DNA of 64,000 nt from contig JAWMAR010000023.1 in NCBI GenBank assembly GCA_036785375.1, forward strand, positions 11,284,001 to 11,348,000, written 5' to 3'. The DNA comes from Leucoraja ocellata (Eukaryota). Made by a program: the position numbers and the translations under genes. Shown piece by piece: positions 12,101 to 24,100 of this stretch (its first letter is position 1; each line of letters begins with the position of its first letter). Under the pieces are notes generated by a model. That model saw nothing but the letters and a program-made list of their open reading frames with translations. It ran no database searches and was not told the DNA's origin.

Positions 12101-15100
12101 AACTCACACACCCTGCTGCAGATGATCTTCTGTGTTCATATACAAATCAATGATGCATGCCTATATCTATTCCCTTCAACAGCTGGAGGCACACTCATTC
12201 ACAAAATATCATGGACATTCATTCTTTTTTTTTTTACAGAATGGACACCAGAGCTCTTTCTCACATAGATTTTACCCCAAATATTAAAAATAGTGAAAGC
12301 ATTTTTGCAACCCATTCTTTCTCTACAGAGGAAGCTGGGGGTTTCATTTACCAACATGTTTCACCCTCAAAATTGAGATTTAAGCATCTTTCATCAATAC
12401 GTTTCATTTTCATCATTGAGAGCATGAGCAAGGTCCCACACCACCCTGGCTATACTCTCATTATACTCCTGCTATCAGGAAGAAGGCATAGGAGTCTGAA
12501 AACTGTGTCTTCCAGGTTGAGGAACAGCTTCTTCCCAACAGCCATTAGGCTCCTAAACACTACAAACATCAAGTAAACTACTTGGTTGCAACTTGGGACT
12601 TTAGGTTGTTTTGGAATATATTGTTTAATATTGTTTATAAAAAATGTATTGAACATTTGTTTTATTGTGATATCTACGAGTACTGTGTTATGCTGCTGCA
12701 AGTAAGAATTCTATTGTCCCTTTTTCATTATTTATTAAACACTTTTGGCTTGAGGTACCCATATCATTTTGATCAATTTTGAATGTCAAATCCTAAATCC
12801 AAGTGCATTGTTAAGGCATGAAAACCAGAATCAATAGGTCCCACCTCATACGTTTCACACTCAGCTGCAATATTAAAAATGAATAATTCCAAATCATTTA
12901 AGTCTGCAATTGCATCATTATTAAATAGCTGGATATCCTCTGGAGTGCACAGATCAGAACATCTACTATAGATGCAATTACTTGGGAGACAGTGCAAAGT
13001 GCATGAACACACGAGGAAATATCACACTACACATTGCCTGTGCAAAAGCATTCAGAGGTGATCTTGTCAGTGTACCTCAAATAATGACGGGTCCTTGTAT
13101 GAATTGGCGTGCAAAATCAAATTCTCAGAAAAAGAAAAAAGGCAAATAAATAAACTTAAACCAACATTAAGTCACATGTTATGAAAAGAAAAAATCAACC
13201 AACCACTTTAAGTGTACACAGTGAATGCAAAAGATAAAATAAATAAACTGCATGCTAGTTTTCTTCACAGGAACACTGCAAAATGTTGCATTTAATTATA
13301 CATAGTCTGGGAATGTTTTAGTATGCCTTTGAACCTGGGATTTACAAATGATTTATTTTGCACTACATTAAATTCAAAATTAATGGACTAGCCCACATGT
13401 TATGCTAACATAATCAATTCCATATATAAGTGAAATTTGAAGAGAACATTTTCTACCATGGGTGAGGATGTTAATGGTGGATAATCCAGTCTTTTGAACT
13501 CCTGTCAAAGAGGAAATAGTGATTCCCCAGACAGCCTCAATCCTGGGTCATGTTCAGGATACAAGCTATTATCGTGACAACATGGCCTCCACTCCAGGTC
13601 ATTCACAGCCCATCAGTCATTACCCGAAGCAAAGCTTAACTGCCAGCAAACTTGCAATTAGCTTGACAACGCAGGGCCGATTCAATGCAGAATCACCAAT
13701 CACTGTCGGTCTCAAGTCAGCTTTTGGAACACTGTTATTATTCTTACAAGACAGGTAAAATTCAAGATTAGATTTATACAGCTCATCTGTTATGCTGACA
13801 ATTTTAAACCAGGAAAATGCAGCAGACACTCATTATCCTCATCAAACAGCATTCATTGAGTTCAAGCAGGAACCTGATCATTTTGCCTACACTGCCTCAC
13901 TTAGTTGAGAAACAAATCCAAATAGTTGCCTTCTATTTAATATAGTAAGTAAAGGATTCAAAGGTAATAATATAATACGTGTGGTGCTGGCTCGAAGGGC
14001 TGAGTGGCCTACTCCTGCACATATTTTCTGTTTTCCACCAATTTTCCTAATGCAGCAAAGGTCCAATTGAACAAGCTATCCCATCCACAGAGTAATTCTA
14101 CAATGATGACCAGGGCAGTAAGTAGGTATACTATGCAGTATATCACAACAAAACCAGCTGCTGACTGATGTCAATTTGCACAGGAGGTGTAGGAAATCGT
14201 TGCTTTTCATTTCATGTCTGGTCTGTGATGTCAATACCAACTGCAGGAACCCATCATAAACTGGAGTTTCTAACTCACAATCTCAATTGCACAACTCAAC
14301 TTTTAGAAATCAACCTATCAGACAGACTCCTCATGTGGCTTCAGTCATCTGATAACATTCAATGCAGAATTACAAATCACTGTTAACTTTCATGTCACAG
14401 TAATTATCCTTTAAAACATTTGGAATTCCAGTTTAAATTTATACAACTCAATGATTAAGCTTCATCTGCCTTTGCAAATAAAAGAAAAACAATTCCTATC
14501 CATAAATTGAGCAACTTTAAGCTTGTCATACACAAATGTTACCTCGATCATGACTCCATTTTACCTCTAACAATTCTTCAGACATGTCTCACGACACTCT
14601 TTATAGTCTTCTGATACAATAGATTATGTATTTATTTTCCTTCCTGTACTATCAATGGCTTTGTTGGCTAGACTTTTCCACAACTCTGTGCTCTTGTTCC
14701 TTTCTCAACAATCTTATTTAATGACATTTTCCTAGATTTCCGAGATATGGCTCAATTAAAAACTTAACATTTTTTTTCAGTGCATGGAATAATGTTGAAG
14801 GTTTATCAGAGGGTGGAGCTAGGCAAGTTCAATCCATAATGATTGTGAAACTGTTCAGGAGTCTCGCACAATGTGTCCCATTTTCAAACACTTGGCTCCA
14901 TTTTTATTTTCCTAATAAGACGAGGGATTATAGTCTCAAAATAAACATAACCAGAAATATGAAACATAAAATTAAATGCGTAAAAATTGGTAAAAAATAA
15001 ATAAATCTGAGAAAAAGAAAATTGATGGGAATTTTTCTCCAGCTAAACGAGAACAACATGAATGTTGGAATTTATTTTTTACCTTGTCTCGCAGAGAGAA

Positions 15101-18100
15101 TGTCCCTGGTGATCCAGCAAACAAGAATTGGTTCTTCACTTTCAGTTTACCAAGGTTTGCCACAATCAGCTGATTTGATTTGGAGCTTTCTGGGATGAGG
15201 ACGACTGGAGCACCAGCCTCAATGTCGAGCAGGATCCGAGAGGCCCTCTGTGCCTTGTCTCGCACCTAGATTCCCCAAAGCAAGTGGGGAGGGCGAGAGA
15301 AAATAAATTAGTGACGACCATAATAAACAAAATCAGAAATTTTTGAAATCTTGAAAAACTGAAAATACTGCAAATATAGGTTTGGTAATGCATTTGAAGA
15401 GGAAAGACAGATATACATTCTAAGTATAATCCTTCATTGAAACATTAAGTTTCAACTCTTCTTATGGCATTTACACAAACCATGCTTCCCACTCTCACTG
15501 ATAAGGTCAGCTTCATAACAGCATATCTTGTGCTGTGTCTTGTCTAATCATGTGGTATTCAAATCATAGCCTGCAGGCAAACCTATAATCGGCAAACCTA
15601 ATGATTTTGATTTCAGTTACCTTCATTTAAAAGGTCTGAATTACACAAGTCAAGAGCTGATCAAAGACTATTCTTACCACCGTGGCCTTTTTGCAGAACC
15701 ATCTAAATCTTGCTCGCTTTAATTTATTGTCTTGTCTCTACATTATTTCTACTGGCTCCTCAAGACCTACACCTCAGCAAGAAAGTCTGTTACTTTCCTC
15801 CATCAATCAGCTCTGTTCAAGTTGAGAACCCCTCCACTTTACTGCTATTTATGTCACCTAATGAAACTCATTTGAGTATTTCCATTTTATCTCTAGAAAG
15901 CACCAGACTTTTCTATTTTAATTAATGGCTTCATTATAAATAATCTTAAACTCAAATTCACTCCATTTGAGCAGGAACAGTGGTGGAACAGTAGCTGGCG
16001 AAATTGTCAGATTATGTGTTTCTTTTGAATCTGGCTTTGATTGCTCTTCTTACTCTATACACTCCTCACAACTTGCTAACCACCCATTCTTGTATCATCT
16101 GCAAATTTAGTTGAGTTCAGTCTCTTCAAACCCTGTAATCAAGTCAATTTGATTACAAATAGTTGGCGTCTTACCACTGACCCCTTTTAAGAGTTATGAT
16201 GCAAGTTCGAAGATAGACACAAAAAGCTGGAGTAACTCAGCGGATCAGACAGCATCTCTGCAGAAAAGGAATAGAACAGAAGACCCTTCTTCAGACTGGG
16301 GCTCTCCACTTCAGAGATGCTGTCTGACCCGCTGAGTTATTCCAGTTTTTTGTGTCTATCTTCGGTTTAAACCAGCATCTGCAGTTCCTTCCTACACATA
16401 AGATGCAAGTTCTCTCAGCACAAGTGACCAATCCAGCATTCTGCAGTTTCAAGTGCTGATTAGTAGAATACAGGGATGACACCAGTGCTAACCGGTTATC
16501 ATAATCTGTTTAATCAACACGTTAGCATTTTAAACAGCTGAGCAGGAAATCAAACAGACAAGCAATAGTAATTGCCAAAAAATCCAATAATTTAAAATCA
16601 CAGCTTTTCAGTTCAACATCACTTTTAGTGTTACTTTTAATTAACAGTAAAGTCTGCTAAGAAACAATTATGTTGGGCTCATTTTTAAAGTATATGGCCA
16701 AACAAATTGGTGAATGTACTAGTACAAATGACAGCATGGGGGCTTTACATGCAGGCATTTGTGTGCTAATTTATGTAGACTATTCGACAGAATTCAAAGG
16801 GCCAGCAAGCACCTTATACAATTCATCAAGTAAGATCTTGATTAGCTTTTGTTTCAAAGACACTGCTATGTCATCTTGCTTCTGAGTGAATACTATGGAA
16901 AAACACAAGGACGCCCATTCTGCTGCACAATCCAGCAAATCAATGGTATTTTTTTAAATGTTTAAGAGGGAACTGCAGATGCTGGAGAATCGAAGGTTAC
17001 ACAGAAAAGCTGGAGAAACTCAGCGGGTGCAGCAGCATCTATGGAGCGAAGGAAAATTTCCTTCGCTCCATAGATGCTGCTGCACCCGCTGAGTTTCTCC
17101 AGCTTTTATGTGTATTTTTTTAAATGGTGACAGATTGGGAAATGTTGATGCTCAATAAGACCTGGGTGACCTTACAACAAGTTAGAAGTTAGTGCAAGTA
17201 CTGTCAGCAGTTAGATGGCATATTGCAAAATAATTTTGGCAGAGGAGAAAGAGGTCCTATTGCAATTTAATTGGGCCTCGGTGAGACTGAACAGTGAATA
17301 TTGCGCACAGTTTTAGTCTCCTTAATTAAAAGGTAGTATGTATTTGTTATAGGAGGAGTGCAGTACAGATTTATTTGATAAGATCCAGGGATGGAGATTC
17401 TGTGGTAGGAGAAAATAAGTACAATAATTCTGTATTTTCTAGAATTGTAGAACGCAGGAATGGATGCAGGGAGGATCTTCCCTTGGCTGAAAAGTTTATA
17501 TTTAAGGATCATAGTTGCAGAATAATGGGTAGGTTTTTTAGGACTTCATTGAGGACATATATTTACTCAGCAAGTGCTGCATCTTTGGAAGGGCAGTGGA
17601 AGCTCGTTCAAAACTGTGATTGATAGATTTCTGATTATTAGGAGTATGAAAGGATCAAAAGAAATTGCAGGAAATGTAGCTAAGGTAGAGGTTAGCTGTG
17701 ACCGCCATCAGTGTGCGTACTGGAACAGATTAGCTACGGCTAACATGTCTGGTTAGCACATTTTCATCACTGCATCTGGAATGTTGTCCAGTCCTACAGC
17801 CTTTGCAATATTACAAGATAAATCACCCACTCAACACTTCAAACTGAACGTGGATACCAATGTTTCAGTCTCGTCTTTGCCACTCTCATGCTGGACGTTT
17901 CCACCATCGATAGGAATGTGCTTGGAGCTACCTCCTCCAGCTTTGATGAAATGGCCATGACACGAGTTAACCACATATGCTGTGTTTGTGACAACACGAA
18001 AACCCGGGGTGGCATCTGATTTGATAACTTTTCTGTAAACAGCTTACCGCTTGTCCCTCTACAGCTGCTCTCTGTCTCCCCAGTACATCCTGCAGCTGTG

Positions 18101-21100
18101 TGAAGTGCTGTATAAATGCCACCACCTCGGCCTGGAAGCGCTGAGTGTGCACATACTGTACCGATGCCATCTGAAAACTCACTCTCACGTCACAATCGCG
18201 TTGCAGCTTTGGGTCTGCTCGGCCGTATCTAGTTTTAAGCAAATATAAGCTTTATAGACCAACAACTTACTTACTTTCATTTAAATAACATATTTTCTGC
18301 TGAATGCAGCTGATGACATTGCTCAACTTCATAAACTGAAACTAAATCAAAGTAGGATCCGTCAGTTACAAAGGTGAAAATAAAGTAAATGGTGGAAAGG
18401 CTTATGATATTTCATTAACTTACGCACAAGGCAGCTGAAAACACATTCATCAATTGAGGAGTAACGCATGGGGTATGCACTGGAGATCAGTGTCAAGCAA
18501 AATTTAGATTTAAAAGGGGTATTAATCATGGCGAAGGATACAGGAGAAGATAGGATAAAGCCAAGAGGAATGTAAATGTTAAGTCTCAATGTTTAAATGG
18601 CATCAATTGGACTAATGTTTCATTGAAACTATACTGGTACACCAACAAGGTGTGGTGCATGGTTGCAATTTCTGCAATTTCCATCCTGGTGATGTTTCTA
18701 GAAGAATCTGGATATATATTCAGAAGTAAACAATAGAAATGCTGCTAATTGCTACAATACTTGCATACATGCAGCCAACAGCTGCAATAGCAGCACAGGG
18801 GAACAGCTGCTAGAGCTGCTGCCTCGTAGCACCAGAGACCCAGGCTGGATTCTGACCTCGGATGTTGTCAGTGTGGAGTTTGCACGTTCTCCCAGTCACT
18901 GTGTGTGTTTTCTCCGGGTTTCCCCCCCCAAAGTTGCGCAGGTTTGCAGATTAATTGGCCTCTGTAAAACTGCCCCAAATGTATAGGGAGTGGATGAGAA
19001 AATGGGATAACATAGAACTAGTGTAGACGGGAGATCGAAGGTCGATATGGGCTCAGTGGGCTGAAGGGCCTGTTTCAATGCTGTACTATTATGAATTGAG
19101 GGGATGTGGTGGGGTAGCAGAAGACTGAGGTGCTGCACTTCATGCTCTTCATTGATATAGAGGTATGGAAAACAGAAAGGTATGGAAAACAAACAGTATA
19201 TTTTTCTAAGAACTAATGGAACATGAGACTCCATCCAAGCTGTACTGAAATATTTTACTTCAGGCAAAATAATCTTTTAAGATCAGTAGCAGCTTCTTTA
19301 ATTTACATTGTCAATCAGGATTTAATAGCAGCTGGAGTTTACTCCCTCAAGCACCCTACACCTGCAATCTTCCTTTTAATTCTTTTACCTGCACCGTTCT
19401 GGTGCAAATTATTCTGAAATATATTTTCAGAATATTTTCGTGAGCAGTAATCTTCTTTTTAAACATTCTGTGCCGGGAATTCAACAGGTAGAAACAGGAA
19501 AAACCTTCCAGCTTCCTGTGACACCATGAACCCAGCACAATAAGAATTCAATGACCAATGTTAGCATTCTTTCCCATTGTGGCTTTAAACCACAAAGTTG
19601 ACTGCGTCCAATTAAACTCAGTTTGAGATTGTTAACCGCCCCACTTGATTTGTAAAGTTCTCAGACACGACATTTGAAACTTTGCAATATTTTTGAGAAA
19701 CTTAATCATTTAATAAAAGGAAATGCACGCAAACGCATACTTGTAAATGTTGAAGACCAATGCCTCCTTGCCGCTGGTGGTGAAGCGTTCCCTGTACAGC
19801 TCTCCGTGAGATGTCAGATCACTTAAGGAGAGGCTGCCAAGACTGCCATGCAGAGCAAAGTCCCCATCTATAAAGTATAAAAGGAAGGTGACAGTGAGTA
19901 AAGCAGGGACAGGGACCTGCTGGTTGACAGGTAGAACAGTTCAATGACTCAACAAAAGTTCAACAACTTCACTACTTTACTAACAAAATGGGAGCAGGAT
20001 GACAATCCATTTTTTAAATCTTTTAGTGTTAAAATCAATGTTAGAGGGGATCTTAACCACCATCCTTGCCAATATAAACTGATAGGTTCGGCCCAGGTAT
20101 TATAGATTTTCCATTCTGGAACAGTGTGTATCAAGGTTGACTCCGCTGTCATTAAATAATTATTAATAATCTCTCACTTATTTTGTTATTGATGCTCTAT
20201 TACCTCATAAGGGAATCCTCGAGGAAGAGAGAATGCATTGTCAACACTTAATACTATTACAGTAAATTAGAAAATGGGAATCTAATGGAAAAGAGAGATT
20301 GGATGGGTACTCTACCACTCTGTGGGTGCGGTACAGTATTAGGATTGAGGACTGATTTTATTACGTAGTGTCTAGGTCAATAATATTTTACAGTTGCAAT
20401 GCAATAAAATAAGAACAACCTTCAGAACAAAAGGAGCAGGCCAGTTGGCTCCGCAAACCCAGTCGATATGAAAACTTGTAAGTAATATGTTAGACACAGA
20501 ACCTGTCTACTGGGGCAAACCACTATGACTTCATTGTAGTTGTTGGGTTCACATAATGGTGGATCGGCTCAGCTTTGATAGAAGTTGTAGATTTTTCAAC
20601 GCGGTTTGAACAGCTTGGTTGGCATCCTAATAGGTCAATATTTTGCTGCCTATAGGCTGGGGACCAAGCTTTAGCAGTTGGACACATACTCAAAGTGTTT
20701 GCGTTTGCATTGTGAACATTGGTCAGACTGTGGTTCTTGGCAAAGGTCAGTCCGTTAGCAAAGTAATTACAGATTTCTGTACTTGGGTAGGACTAGGATC
20801 GGCTATGGTTGTATTAAAGTCAACATTTAAGTTTATACCTGAGCTAACTTCAAAAATCTGGAGAGATTAGCTGATGAATCATTTTGAGAAATGCAATAAT
20901 GTTCAATAATACACACATTGCAAAGGTTAATTTGTAAATCTCAATCTTGGAAAAGTGGATAAATTTGTCCAGCTTTTTTCAATGAATTATCCTTTTAAGA
21001 CAAGCTTCTGGATTTTAGGTATTTATACACAATCTGAAGAAAACTAATTGCCGAATTATCTTAAAATACACGAATAAAGCCGTCATGCTGCCATGATTAA

Positions 21101-24100
21101 CAATTTTATCTGTTTTCATAACCTGAATGTCAGAGTAACTAATTACAGCCAAACCATTTGTGAGGATTCTCAGCATGAATAATGTGCCCGGTCTTTTTTT
21201 GTTATTTTAGTGCAATATTCTTGATCGTAGTTCTAACAGAGGTTGGATGACACCTACTGGTGGAACTTTACTTTTCAAAATGCAGAGCCACAGCACAAAA
21301 GTTACATGGTGTAAGAAGGAACAGCAGATGCTGGTTTAAACCGAATATAGACACAACATGCTGGAGTAACTCTGCGGGACAGGCAGCATCTCTGGAAAGA
21401 AGAAACGGGTGATGTTTCGGGTCAAGACCTGTCTTCAGAAGGGTGATCCTTCATCTGAAGAAGGGTCTCGACCCGAAACGTCACCCATTCCTTCTCTCCA
21501 GAAAGGTTATATGGTGTCCCTTAAAGGCACCATATAAAACAACTGGATATGCTGATACAAAAGGTTATTTGTTAAGTTATTAGAATGGGGAAAAGATAAA
21601 AATGGTTAACAAATGTTTTAATGGATGTGGGTCAGGATGATCACATTGCAGGCATATTTATCCTTCAGGCAGAGGTTGAAGACAGGTGTTACTTGAACTA
21701 TCTGGAATGGGTGTGGAGAGATACTGCTATTTGTCTTGTTTGAGTGGAGTCCAAACATCACTCATTGTGATCAAGACATGAAACTGTCCTGTACACATTT
21801 GTCCAAGGATGTCTCTGCCACCAGGAGAGGAGTAATGGCGAGTGCTAGACGACATGGTGTAACGGTATGAATTTAACTTTCTTTTTAAAAGAGGTCACTA
21901 AAACTACAACAGTGTAGTGATCATGACATATGCATCTCATATACTAATATCATAAACTCTGTATCTAATTATAAATCCCAAAATCTGTTATTATTTCATT
22001 TGTTGTGTTATAAACCTGTCATTCATTACATGTAACATAGAAACATAGACATAGAAACATAGAAATTAGGTGCAGGAGTAGGCCATTCGGCCCTTCGAGC
22101 CTGCACCGCCATTCAATATGATCATGGCTGATCATCCAACTCAGTATCCCGTACCTGCCTTCTCTCCATACCCTCTGATCCCCTTGGCCACAAGGGCCAC
22201 ATCTAACTCCCTCTTAAATATAGCCAATGAACTGGCCTCAACTACCCTCTGTGGCAGAGAGTTCCAGAGATTCACCACTCTCTGTGTGAAAAAAGTTCTC
22301 CTCATCTCGGTTTTAAAGGATTTCCCCCTTATCCTTAAGAATTTATGATTGATCACCCTTGGATCATCTTGCTATTCCATTCAATTCAGCCTCTTTCCAT
22401 CATGTTTATAATATTCTTTATTTTATTTGCTCCTAAATTGTATTACTAGATGCAATACATTACCTATCACTCTTTATAACCTTGAGAAATTGTTCATAAT
22501 TTTTTCTGAGTGGTTACCCCAATTTTGGCCAATTTCAATACCTCTCACTCTACAAATTTTTACTGCTATTTTTTTTCTAAGTCTTTAACAGTGGAAGAAG
22601 CAACAATTTGGCCCATCAAGCCAGTACTATTGTTAATTTAATTTAATCCATTGTTTATGCATCTGAAGGTCAATAAAATACAAATGCTGCCAAACTGCCT
22701 TATAAAAGTTTTCCTGGAACACAAACTACAACAGTCTTTTAGATAATGTGTTCCAGATCTTAACTAGTTTCTGTGTGGAAATAGATTCTTCCCCCTTTTT
22801 TGCAAATAATTTTAAAACCATGATGTCTAGTCTCTGACCCATTGGTTAAGAGTTTAATTTTCAGCTCTGCTGAAATCTTTCTCCTAACTATATTTTTGGA
22901 ATGCCTTCTTTTAATCTATGTATTTTCAGACTGTTACGTTGGCTTTATAAATACTGGATTTTTTTATTTTTTTTAAATAAGCCAATTTTTTAAAATAGTG
23001 TCTTACATAGCTCCAAATGCTCACAAAAATGATCTTAAACTATGGATTCCAAAAGCTTGTCTACATTGGACTATCTAGTTCATCCTTTTTTTCCCCTTCC
23101 TGAATATTGATTTGGAAAATACATTAAGCACAACACAAAATGCAGGTAACTAAGCGGGTCAGGCCGCATTGTGAGGGATTGGATAGGTGACGTTTCGTGT
23201 CGGGACCCCACTTCAGTCTGGAGAAAGGTCTCAACCAGAAACGTCGCCTATCCATTCCCTCCACAGGTGGTGTCCCCCCTGCTGAGTTACTTCAGCACAT
23301 TGTGTTTTGCTTCGGGAAATACATTACTTTGTCATTGATGCTGCTGCAATTCATAGTGGATATTTTATTCATTTTGTTAATTACAGGACAAATGAATATG
23401 CAGAGACATGAGTAGCAATTCTCTGGCTCAAAGATGAAGAACAGATCAGGACATAACATTTGTCAGGCATTACATTTTGTCCATGTGGCATTTAATCCCA
23501 ACTGCAATGACTATGCATTCAGTCTTCGATCTTAGTATGTTTGACACATGTTTGACCCAGAATTCAAAAAATATACGAGCCTAGTAATCAGAACTTGCCT
23601 ATCAATGCAAGATGTGCTGCCAGTTTGGACACATTCGCTTTGGCGAGCTCGTTTGTCTTTTTGTTTAATACCAGAGACAGTGAGTGAACCTAAAAAGAAG
23701 AAAACAATTAACAAACTCGTATCGTGCAGGAAGGAACTGCAGACGCTGGTTTAAATCGAAGGTAGACACAAAATGTTGGAGTTAACTCAGCGGCACAGGC
23801 AGTATCTCTGGAGAGAAGGAATGGGTGACGTTTCGGGTCGGGACCCTTCTTCAGTGTGAAGAACCGACCTAAAACATCGCCTATTCCTTCTCTCCAGAGA
23901 TGCTGCTTGTCCCAACAAACTCAGATCGATGGACAACTACAGGCTGTCCATATTTTTGAAACTTTTTGAATTCTAAATACATATTTTAACACTTTGTTGA
24001 AATAAGCAGAGGGCGATTCATTGGTACAGGAATAATCAATTAAGGTAACTGTATTAGCAAGAGTTTTGTTTCAAGCCTGCAAACTTACCGAAATCATGCA

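Noticed and set aside
13748-13786. 39-nt in-frame candidate exon (MSCINLILNFTCL|gtaaga)
   Set aside because: Poor polypyrimidine tract; likely chance without RNA evidence.
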